Shown one piece after another: positions 1-7,355 of a stretch of 37,798 bases of DNA. The translations under genes were made by a program, and so were the position numbers. Source of the DNA: Bacteroidetes bacterium UBA6491 (GTDB lineage: Bacteria > Bacteroidota > Bacteroidia > NS11-12g > UBA9320). Within the stretch, counting starts at the first letter, position 1; each line of letters opens with the position of its first letter. The stretch lies in NCBI GenBank assembly GCA_002436505.1, contig DJML01000003.1:1-37798 (forward strand). The letters run 5' to 3'. The notes below the pieces were generated by a model. The model saw only the letters and a list, made by a program, of their open reading frames with translations. It made no database searches and was not told the DNA's origin.

Positions 1-457
1 TGATGAGGTCGTCATATTTTCTATTGGTTGCATATCCGGCTTTCCTCAGTCCGTGCGCCCAACCTTTATAATCCGTTTGTTTTAGCTCAAACAATGCATG
101 ATAACGCCAATTGTCCCTTAAAAAATTGGAATGATCCCTAAAGGACTCAAGTGCGTTGTCGTATGCCCTGAAGCATTCATTGGGTGCATCATCATCCGCA
201 TTGATGGTCTTGCCTGTCCAGTCACTTTTACATTTTATACCAAAGTGATTGTTTCCCTGCGTTGCCAGCCGGCTATTGCCATCGCTGCTTTCGAGTATCC
301 CCTGGGCTAGCGTAATACTTGCCGGAACCCCACTTCTGTGCATTTCAATGATCGCATAATCCTTGTACTTTGCGATGTACTCTGCCCTTGTCAACCGCTG
401 ACCAAAAGCATTCCCTGTTATCAGGGTCAATATGAAAATGTAAAAATATTTCACCAT
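1..457 (-). CDS. Glucosaminidase-domain cell-wall hydrolase (GH73 / FlgJ-type muramidase fold). N-terminal part only; the gene continues past the left window edge.
   Basis: Absent from the ORF track because it runs off the window. My reverse-strand translation from ATG (457-455) reads MVKYFYIFILTLITGNAFGQ (signal peptide) RLTRAEYIAKYKDYAIIEMHRSGVPASITLAQGILESSDGNSRLATQGNNHFGIKCKSDWTGK...FRAYDNALESFRDHSNFLRDNWRYHALF...GWAHGLRKAGYATNRKYDDLI and stays open to position 1. The SITLAQxxLES..G.S...NNxFGIK...GYAT pattern is the conserved core of the mannosyl-glycoprotein endo-beta-N-acetylglucosaminidase domain. Confidence 0.8.
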   Translation of the reverse strand, partial: MVKYFYIFILTLITGNAFGQRLTRAEYIAKYKDYAIIEMHRSGVPASITLAQGILESSDGNSRLATQGNNHFGIKCKSDWTGKTINADDDAPNECFRAYDNALESFRDHSNFLRDNWRYHALFELKQTDYKGWAHGLRKAGYATNRKYDDLI

Positions 458-465
458 CTTTGGCA

Positions 466-473
466 CAAAATTA
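466..473 (-). promoter_or_regulatory. Candidate Bacteroidota -7 promoter box (TAATTTTG on the minus strand) for the glucosaminidase gene
   Basis: Plus-strand CAAAATTA at 466-473 is TAATTTTG on the minus strand, an exact match to the Bacteroidetes sigma-A -7 consensus TAnnTTTG. It ends only 8 nt upstream of the ATG at 457, so the leader would be very short or absent. Confidence 0.35.
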
Positions 474-556
474 GTGGCATTAACATTCCTTAACTTTTTG
501 ATTTATACACTTGTGTACATTAGTGTAAACGAATTAATGCCCTAAAGTGTTATTAC

Positions 557-564
557 TATTTTTG
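557..564 (+). promoter_or_regulatory. Candidate -7 promoter box (TATTTTTG) upstream of the nDsbD-like gene
   Basis: Exact TAnnTTTG match 21 nt upstream of the first ATG (585) of the downstream ORF. Motif match only. Confidence 0.35.
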
Positions 565-584
565 GCTTTGATATTTGAAATTAA

Positions 585-1181
585 ATGAGATTAACAATGA
601 CCTTAACCCAAAAGTGGAAAATGCGCCATAGAACAAAAGCCAATAATTTATGCTTTTCAATGATCGTTCTGGTGTTTCTTTCTCTTGTTAATGTGCCTTT
701 GTACGCACAGCACCACCATGCTTCAATACCTGCAGCTGACTGGGTTTTCACTGTTGACAAAGAGCTGGTTATGATCGGTGATGTGATCACAGTTACATTT
801 GAGGCTCCATTGGAAGAAGGGATACATATTTACTCTTCCGATTTTGATCCGAGTTGTGGCCCACTGGTCTCAGAATTAGTTATGTTGGAAGATCCATCGT
901 TTGCTATGGAAGGGCGGTTCAATTCCCACGGCGCAGAGACACATTTTGATGATATCTTCAAATGTGAGATCAAATACTTTAGTGACAAGGCGGTTTTCAC
1001 CCAAATGTTCAAAATAATGGATATAAATCCGTCGATCAGCGGCACAATGTATTACCAGATGTGCGATGATGAGACCTGTGTTGGTCATAAGTACAATTTT
1101 GATCTTAGCGGATCATTTGAGGTTTCAGATGCAACAGGTGAACCGGAGACAAAATCTATACCTGAAAGCGGGAACAAATAA
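585..1181 (+). CDS. Secreted stand-alone DsbD N-terminal-domain-like protein (paralogue of the first domain of the adjacent DsbD)
   Basis: ORF track 198 aa. A signal peptide (MRHRTKANNLCFSMIVLVFLSLVNVPLYAQ) suggests the true start may be the ATG at 621. The remainder aligns with aa 44-170 of the next gene: GIHIYSSDFDPSCGP/GLHIYSNDFSEDCPP, DDIFKCEIKYF/DDIFRCEVSIF, YYQMCDDETCVGHKYNF/FYQMCTEEQCINFDHKF. All four Cys are conserved. Confidence 0.7.
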   Translation: MRLTMTLTQKWKMRHRTKANNLCFSMIVLVFLSLVNVPLYAQHHHASIPAADWVFTVDKELVMIGDVITVTFEAPLEEGIHIYSSDFDPSCGPLVSELVMLEDPSFAMEGRFNSHGAETHFDDIFKCEIKYFSDKAVFTQMFKIMDINPSISGTMYYQMCDDETCVGHKYNFDLSGSFEVSDATGEPETKSIPESGNK

Positions 1182-1324
1182 CACGCACCTCATGAATGAA
1201 TAATCGTGATGATGGATCTCATGTTCCCCTGATAATGACAAAATGTATCTTAAAATGTAAATTACATGCCGGCAACTGAACCAAAAACTCATGGATTTGT
1301 TTCAAAGAAGTATAAAGTAATTAA

Positions 1325-3487
1325 ATGATCTCAGTTCAGAAGAAAATTATTAATACAGAAAAGATAGCATTGCAAATGAACAGTTTGTTAGCACTGGTTG
1401 CGATTGTTCTTTTTTCATTAGTGCCCACGGGCAATGCAAGTGCACAAGACAAGATACCTCCTGCGAACTGGAAACATTCGCTAAGCAAGTCTGAAGTAAA
1501 GATCGGTGAAGTGATCGAGATCATTCTTAAGACTGATATTCCGGATGGACTTCATATTTATTCAAATGATTTTTCTGAAGACTGCCCGCCTCAAAAGGCA
1601 GAGCTGACTTTTATTAATAACAATGGCTCATATGAACCAATAGGTAAAATGGTACCTACAGGTTCAGAAAAAATGATGGACGATATCTTCAGGTGCGAAG
1701 TTTCCATTTTTCACCATCATGCTCTTTTTAAACAAAAGGTCCGGATCTTAAAAAAAGACCCTGTAATTAATGCAAGCCTGTTCTACCAGATGTGTACTGA
1801 AGAACAGTGCATCAATTTTGACCATAAGTTCTCTGCCGGGCCGATAAAAATAATTGAAAGTGCTGCTTCTGAGGTCAGCCCTAAGCAAACTAATGAAACA
1901 ATATCTGAAGAGGCTGCGGAGGCCATAGATACGCAGGACACTTCTGATTCGATCAATGATGAACAGCAATCAGAAGAAGATACTAAAGTCTCGGATGAAA
2001 CGGAAACTGACGAAGAGCAAATCTCAGATGACACAGATGATGTAAGGAACAAATCCCTGTGGGCGCTCTTTATCCTTGGGGTACTCGGAGGAATTCCGGC
2101 GCTGCTGACACCGTGTGTCTACCCTATGATCCCAATGACCGTTGCTTTTTTCACAAAGCAGGACAATAAGTCCAAGGGGAAAAAGATGGCAACGATGTAT
2201 GGGATATCCATTGTGTTGATCTACGTGACTTTCGGTGTTCTTCTTGCTGTTTTCTTTGGCAAAACTTTTGCTTATGCACTGAGTACGCACTGGCTGCCGA
2301 ACATTCTGTTCTTTCTGGTATTTGTAATATTCGCCATTTCATTCTTCGGAATGTTCGAACTGACACTGCCATCGAGTTTTGTGAACAGAATGAATAGTCA
2401 GAGCGACAGAGGTGGTTATATCGGCGTCTTTTTCGTTGCGTTTACACTTGTTCTGGTATCATTTTCGTGCACGGCTCCTATTGTTGGTTCGGTAGCGGTC
2501 CTGGCCTCTGACGGTGCCATCATTGAAGCTGTTGCAGCTATGCTGGGCTTTGCATTAACATTTGCACTGCCATTTTCTTTGTTTGCTTACTTCCCGCAAT
2601 GGCTGAATAAAATGCCTCAGTCCGGAGGCTGGTTGAATTCAGTAAAGGTCATTTTAGGATTCCTTGAACTTGGCCTCGCTCTTAAGTTTTTGTCCCAGGC
2701 GGATCTTGCTTATCACTGGGGTATTCTGGACAGGGATGTATTCCTCGCATTATGGATCATCATAGCGTTCACTGCAGGATTCTATCTGTTAGGAAAGATA
2801 AAGTTCCCTCACGACAGTGACCTGCCTTTTATTTCAGTCCCGCGGTTTTTCATGGCACTGGTGTTCCTGAGTTTTGGAGCATATATGGTGCCCGGATTAT
2901 GGGGAGCGCCTTTAAAGCCACTGGCAGGGATTCTGCCTCCAATGCATACACAGGATTTTAAAGGAAACCAGATGACCACTTCATCAGAAGCAACACATGA
3001 ATCCACGGATAACATCAAATACGGGGATCTGTTGCATGTGCCAGCAGGTTTCAGTGCCTATTTTGACTACAACCAGGCTCTAGAAGTAGCTAAGAAAGAA
3101 CGTAAACCGATCTTTGTTGACTTTACGGGCCACACCTGTGCGAATTGCAGGAGAATGGAAGAGAAGGTCTGGATCGATCCTGAAATTAAATCAAGGCTGA
3201 ATAACAATTTCATCATGCTTTCGCTGTATTGCGATGAAAGATTTGAACTTCCTGAAGAAGAATGGAGTAAAGATGAAAATGGGGAAGTACTTAAATCTAT
3301 CGGTGACCAGAACAAATACCGTCAGTACAATCAATTCGGTTCAAACGGCCAGCCTTCGTATTACGTAATGGACTGGGAGGAGAACATATATACCAAATCC
3401 CTGGGATACAAGCCGGATATCAAAGGTTATACTGATTTTCTTGACGAAGGAAAAGAAAAATTTGAAGCGTGGCTGGCTAATCAATGA
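1325..3487 (+). CDS. dsbD: Thiol:disulfide interchange protein DsbD (nDsbD domain, acidic linker, DsbD/CcdA transmembrane core, C-terminal thioredoxin domain)
   Basis: 720-aa ORF. The N-terminal domain carries a CxxxxC (QMCTEEQC). The multi-pass membrane core has the two conserved membrane Cys (LLTPCVYPMIPM and SFSCTAPIVG). The C-terminal thioredoxin fold has FVDFTGHTCANCRRMEE (CxxC). A cleaner signal peptide begins at the internal ATG at 1376 (MNSLLALVAIVLFSLVPTGNASAQ), so the start may be 1376. Confidence 0.9.
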   Translation: MISVQKKIINTEKIALQMNSLLALVAIVLFSLVPTGNASAQDKIPPANWKHSLSKSEVKIGEVIEIILKTDIPDGLHIYSNDFSEDCPPQKAELTFINNNGSYEPIGKMVPTGSEKMMDDIFRCEVSIFHHHALFKQKVRILKKDPVINASLFYQMCTEEQCINFDHKFSAGPIKIIESAASEVSPKQTNETISEEAAEAIDTQDTSDSINDEQQSEEDTKVSDETETDEEQISDDTDDVRNKSLWALFILGVLGGIPALLTPCVYPMIPMTVAFFTKQDNKSKGKKMATMYGISIVLIYVTFGVLLAVFFGKTFAYALSTHWLPNILFFLVFVIFAISFFGMFELTLPSSFVNRMNSQSDRGGYIGVFFVAFTLVLVSFSCTAPIVGSVAVLASDGAIIEAVAAMLGFALTFALPFSLFAYFPQWLNKMPQSGGWLNSVKVILGFLELGLALKFLSQADLAYHWGILDRDVFLALWIIIAFTAGFYLLGKIKFPHDSDLPFISVPRFFMALVFLSFGAYMVPGLWGAPLKPLAGILPPMHTQDFKGNQMTTSSEATHESTDNIKYGDLLHVPAGFSAYFDYNQALEVAKKERKPIFVDFTGHTCANCRRMEEKVWIDPEIKSRLNNNFIMLSLYCDERFELPEEEWSKDENGEVLKSIGDQNKYRQYNQFGSNGQPSYYVMDWEENIYTKSLGYKPDIKGYTDFLDEGKEKFEAWLANQ

Positions 3488-4118
3488 TCTCGCGGTGGGC
3501 CTCTGAGGTCCAGACTAAAACATATTCTTCTGAGAATTCATACCTCAAATCAACTTTCCAGCGGATCTGCTCTGTTTCTATTCGGCCTTTTAGCTCTCCG
3601 GAAGTATTTATCTCAAACGGTTCTACGAACAGATTTTCTTTAAAATCCAATGCTTTGCGACCATAGAGTTTGTACATCGCTTCTTTTGCTGACCAGATCA
3701 GATAAAGGGCTTTAAGTTCGTTGTTCTGACTAACCGTAGCTTTTTCGTCATCTCCTACAAATTTTGGAGCTATGCGTGTGATCCTGTTCCCGATCTTTTC
3801 AATGTCAATTCCTACAGCCTGTTCTGCCGAACCGATCGCAACGGCATAGTCACCACTATGGCTTACAGATAAGTGGTATCGTCCGTCCTCTGTATGTGGC
3901 TTTCCATACTCATCCTTAACAATAATTTGGCTCTTGTCGGGAATAAGGCTATGCATTGCGGCTTTGCCTGCAAGGTGATGCGCTGTACGTTTATCCTGGG
4001 CAGAAACATTCCCCTCCGAACCTATTTTTAACAGGTGAAGCAATGTTTCAGCTGATTCGTCTATCCTCCAAAAGACGATATCATATGAAGATTCACGTAT
4101 TTTGCGCGTTATGGGCAT
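3477..4118 (-). CDS. 4'-phosphopantetheinyl transferase, Sfp-type
   Basis: Motifs GKPHTEDG...LSVSHSGDYAVAI, VGIDIEKI (metal-binding D-x-E) and WSAKEAMYKLYG (W-x-x-K-E-A) are the PPTase superfamily signatures. I trimmed the track ORF (to 4271) to the ATG at 4118 (MPITRKIRESSYDIVFWRIDE...) because the 51-aa extension is low quality and overlaps the WD40 gene. The 3' end overlaps the dsbD 3' end by 11 nt (convergent). Confidence 0.85.
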   Translation of the reverse strand: MPITRKIRESSYDIVFWRIDESAETLLHLLKIGSEGNVSAQDKRTAHHLAGKAAMHSLIPDKSQIIVKDEYGKPHTEDGRYHLSVSHSGDYAVAIGSAEQAVGIDIEKIGNRITRIAPKFVGDDEKATVSQNNELKALYLIWSAKEAMYKLYGRKALDFKENLFVEPFEINTSGELKGRIETEQIRWKVDLRYEFSEEYVLVWTSEAHREIID

Positions 4119-5007
4119 TTCCGTTACAAAGTTAGCACAATTGACCGGCCATAAGGATGCAATTTTCGGGTCAGATATCGGCATGAATGGGAAAGTGTAC
4201 TCCGGAGGTGCAGATGGATATGTCGTGGAATGGGACCCAGGACAAGACAAAAACGGCAATCTGCTTGCCACCCTGAATAATTCTGTATATGCTGTAAGGG
4301 TCTTTGATCAGTTACTATTTGCGGGATGCTCTAATGGAGAAATGATCATCATCGATCTCAATGATAAAAAATTGCTTTTCAATGCGAAAGTCAACCCCGG
4401 TGGGATATTTGATTTTTACAAAGGCAGCGACCTGATCTATATTTTCGGCGAAAAAGGGACGGTCACAGTTATAGATTCCGATTTTAAAATAGTCAGGCAA
4501 AAAATGATCCTGAACGACAGCATCCGCCAGGTCCTGCCTTACCGCTATGACCTGTTCATCATGGCTTGCAGCGACAGCTCCATTAAGCTCGTTAACCGCG
4601 AAAACCTTCAGGTCATTGAAACCATCAGCGCTCATGAGTCTTCGGTATTTTCCATAGCTCTGAGCGAGGACATGGAGAAACTTTATACAGGCAGCAGGGA
4701 TGCAACGATAAAGGTCTGGGATACTAATAGTTTCATAGAGTCCATGCATATACCGGCACATCATTTTCATGTGAACAGTTTGGCCCTGAACCGGATGAAC
4801 AACCTGCTGCTCAGTGCGAGCCTGGATAAAAGTATCAGGCTATGGGATGCTGATAACATGCAGCTGTTAAAAGTGATAGATCTGCCGAAGTATGGCATGC
4901 ACAGCAACTCTGTTAATAAAGTTTTGTGGATTGAGCCAAATCGGTTTATTTCGTGCAGTGATGACCGGACCCTCGGTTACTTTCAAGTTGATTATAACGA
5001 CGTATGA
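4111..5007 (+). CDS. WD40-repeat beta-propeller protein
   Basis: Repeated GH...WD units: LTGHKDAIFGSD...GGADGYVVEWD, SAHESSVFSIALS...GSRDATIKVWD, HHFHVNSLAL...ASLDKSIRLWD, and others. The start is taken as ATG 4111; the track uses TTG 4102. There is no in-frame ATG upstream, and an in-frame stop lies at 4036-4038. Confidence 0.8.
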   Translation: MGISVTKLAQLTGHKDAIFGSDIGMNGKVYSGGADGYVVEWDPGQDKNGNLLATLNNSVYAVRVFDQLLFAGCSNGEMIIIDLNDKKLLFNAKVNPGGIFDFYKGSDLIYIFGEKGTVTVIDSDFKIVRQKMILNDSIRQVLPYRYDLFIMACSDSSIKLVNRENLQVIETISAHESSVFSIALSEDMEKLYTGSRDATIKVWDTNSFIESMHIPAHHFHVNSLALNRMNNLLLSASLDKSIRLWDADNMQLLKVIDLPKYGMHSNSVNKVLWIEPNRFISCSDDRTLGYFQVDYNDV

Positions 5008-5540
5008 TTTTAAGTGATAAGCGCATTTTAGAAGAGATAGAAAAAGGAACTATTCTTATCGAACCTTTCAGAAAAGATTGCTTAGGCACCAATTCCTATG
5101 ACGTTCACCTCGGCAAACACCTTGCAGTATATACCGACCGTGTTTTAGACGCCCGGAAACACAATAAAGCGGAGCATTTTGAAATACCCATTGAGGGTTA
5201 TGTTCTTCATCCGGGTACGTTATACCTTGGTGTCACAGAAGAGTATACCGAGACACATGCACACATCCCGTTTCTTGAAGGGAAATCCAGTACAGGCAGG
5301 CTTGGAATTGATATTCATGCCACTGCCGGAAAAGGCGATGTCGGGTTTTGCAATACATGGACGTTGGAAATTTCGGTAGCACAACCTGTAAGGGTTTACA
5401 GGGGCATGCCTATCGGTCAGCTGATCTACTTTAATGTAGAGGGTGAGATCGGCGTATTCTATAATAAGAAGGAAGATGCCAAGTACAACAAACGAACCAT
5501 TAAACCTGTTGAGAGCATGATGTGGAAGAACAGGTTCTAG
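5004..5540 (+). CDS. dcd: dCTP deaminase (housekeeping size, 178 aa)
   Basis: MILSDKRILEEIEKGTILIEPF...LGTNSYDVHLG...PGTLYLGVTEEY...LEGKSSTGRLGI is the typical Dcd/dUTPase-fold sequence. The start overlaps the WD40 stop (ATGA at 5004-5007). Confidence 0.9.
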   Translation: MILSDKRILEEIEKGTILIEPFRKDCLGTNSYDVHLGKHLAVYTDRVLDARKHNKAEHFEIPIEGYVLHPGTLYLGVTEEYTETHAHIPFLEGKSSTGRLGIDIHATAGKGDVGFCNTWTLEISVAQPVRVYRGMPIGQLIYFNVEGEIGVFYNKKEDAKYNKRTIKPVESMMWKNRF

Positions 5541-5541
5541 T

Positions 5542-7194
5542 TTATGGTATTTTAGAAGCGATCTCCATTAATTGAGCACAAATTATTGCTCCGTAGGTAC
5601 CTAAAGCATAACCTAAAACAGCAAGCAACACGCCCACCGGTGCCAGAGCGGGGTGGAACGCAGCTGCTACGACAGGTGCAGAAGCAGCTCCTCCGACATT
5701 CGCTTTACTTCCGACGGCAAGAAAGAAATATGGCGCCCTGATCAATTTGGCAACGATCAGTAAAAGTCCTACGTGTATGGCCATCCATACCAGCCCTAAT
5801 ACCACAAGCCAAAGGTCATCGAATATTTGGGTAACGTCCATTTTCATTCCAATGGTCGCCACCAGAATATAAATAAACACACTTCCCACTTTAGACGCTC
5901 CGGCTCCTTCCAGTTTTCTCATGGGGGTGAAAGAGATCACCAGACCTATGGTTGTCGCTAAAACAACAAGCCACAGGAAATCACTTGCTACCACACTTGC
6001 ACCAGAGAAACCAAGAATATCGGTAAAAAGGATCACAATATATTTTGAGCCAAAGTGTGACAGGCTGGTCCCTGCGATGCCGATGCCTGCGATCAGGATC
6101 AGATCTGCCAGGCTTGCGTTCCGCTGGATGCTTAGGGTATATGATTCAACCTTGTTCTTTAAGTTTGTTATTGCAGAAGAATCTGCCTTTAACCATCGAT
6201 CAATGGCATTAGATTTCCCAACACCCAGGAGTAGAAATGCCATCCATATATTGGCAACGACAATGTCCACAAGGATCATTGCTCCGTATTTTTGTGGATT
6301 ATACTTATACACTTCCAGCATCGCACCCTGGTTGGCTCCTCCGCCTATCCAGCTTCCTGCCAGTGTTGCAAGGCCACGCCAGGCTGCGTCAAAACCGATA
6401 CCTCCGACGGTCTCAGGAGAGATGAATGACATTAAAAGAATGGCAATTGGTCCTCCTATGATAATACCGACCGTACCGGTCAGGAACATCAATATCATTT
6501 TACCCCCAAGGTTTCGAATTCCTTTGAGGTCAATGCTAAGGGTCATTAAGATCAATGAAGCAGGTAGAAGATATCTCGTGGCCATATGATATGTCCCTGA
6601 TATCTCACTTGATATCATACCGACCGAATTTAAGATGGCCGGAAGCATATAACACATCAAAAGTGCCGGTATCACCCGGTAAAATCTTTGCCAAAACCTG
6701 TTTCTAGCTGTTGAGGTCCAGAATACGAGTGCCAGACAGAGCATTAATATGCCAAGTGTGATCTTATCATCTTTGATCAGTGGCTTACGTTTGACCATTT
6801 TCACAGAGAAACTGCCCGAACTCAACTCAGTTGCCATTCCATTGACCCCTTTAAGAGCTTTTACCGAAATACGTAAGTTCCCGGGAGGGATATCCGTTAT
6901 TTCAACAAAGCCATTGCCAGGAATAATTATTGAATCCGGTTTTACGTGAACCACGATCGCATCAGCTGAGGAATAACGTTTTGAGCTTACGTCCAGGATC
7001 AGTGCAGATACATCTTTCCTGAAAAAGATCTCACCGTCGCTATCCGGACTTATCATTACGCTTCCGTCCGGCAGTTCCGGCATTGAAGGGAAATAGGTCA
7101 GCGTTACAGTAGCGTTTGCCGAAATCGAAAGTAATAGAAATGCAATTATCGGGGTAACAAGCCTTACAAGGTTTCGCAGTTTTAAAAATGGCAT
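5542..7194 (-). CDS. Multi-pass membrane protein, DUF819-like permease core with an extra N-terminal extracytoplasmic domain
   Basis: 550-aa ORF. A signal or anchor sequence is followed by a beta-rich segment of about 110 aa (aa 29-140). This is followed by about 410 aa of hydrophobic helices (LPAILNSVGMIS..., YLLPASLILMTLSIDLKGIRNLGGKMILMFLTGT..., GSKANVGGAASAPVVAAAF) that I recognise as DUF819-type. The family name is from memory, not from a search. Confidence 0.7.
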   Translation of the reverse strand: MPFLKLRNLVRLVTPIIAFLLLSISANATVTLTYFPSMPELPDGSVMISPDSDGEIFFRKDVSALILDVSSKRYSSADAIVVHVKPDSIIIPGNGFVEITDIPPGNLRISVKALKGVNGMATELSSGSFSVKMVKRKPLIKDDKITLGILMLCLALVFWTSTARNRFWQRFYRVIPALLMCYMLPAILNSVGMISSEISGTYHMATRYLLPASLILMTLSIDLKGIRNLGGKMILMFLTGTVGIIIGGPIAILLMSFISPETVGGIGFDAAWRGLATLAGSWIGGGANQGAMLEVYKYNPQKYGAMILVDIVVANIWMAFLLLGVGKSNAIDRWLKADSSAITNLKNKVESYTLSIQRNASLADLILIAGIGIAGTSLSHFGSKYIVILFTDILGFSGASVVASDFLWLVVLATTIGLVISFTPMRKLEGAGASKVGSVFIYILVATIGMKMDVTQIFDDLWLVVLGLVWMAIHVGLLLIVAKLIRAPYFFLAVGSKANVGGAASAPVVAAAFHPALAPVGVLLAVLGYALGTYGAIICAQLMEIASKIP

Positions 7195-7332
7195 AGTCGC
7201 AAATATTAAAAATTTAAAGATAAGAGCTTGTTTGGTGATATTTTTTTTTATCTTAGTACCATTACTTTCAAATACTTCTTCTAATTCTAAGTACCAACAA
7301 AACTTGATTTATGGTTTAAACTTTTACTTTTT

Positions 7333-7355
7333 GGCCGGGAAACCGGCCTTTTTTT
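7333..7355 (+). terminator. Canonical intrinsic terminator when read on the plus strand: GGCCGG-GAAA-CCGGCC followed by T7
   Basis: The 6-bp all-G/C stem spans 7333-7338 and 7343-7348, with a GNRA tetraloop (GAAA) and TTTTTTT at 7349-7355. On the minus strand the hairpin is followed by AAAAAG, so there is no U-tract. Both neighbouring genes are on the minus strand. Confidence 0.5.

Noticed and set aside
4119-4271. N-terminal 51-aa extension of the PPTase ORF given in the track
   Set aside because: The extension is Pro/Ser-rich, lies wholly within the WD40 coding region on the other strand, and precedes the conserved PPTase N-terminus. The ATG at 4118 is the sensible start.
5004-5540. dcd as an anti-phage dCTP-deaminase (nucleotide-depletion) defence gene
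   Set aside because: The protein is the plain 178-aa housekeeping Dcd with no extra sensor or kinase-like domain. It sits among core genes, with no mobile or defence-island context.
5921-6589. 222-aa plus-strand ORF antisense to the DUF819-like permease gene
   Set aside because: The composition is Pro/Arg/Ile-rich, typical of the reverse frame of a hydrophobic membrane gene. There is no independent support.
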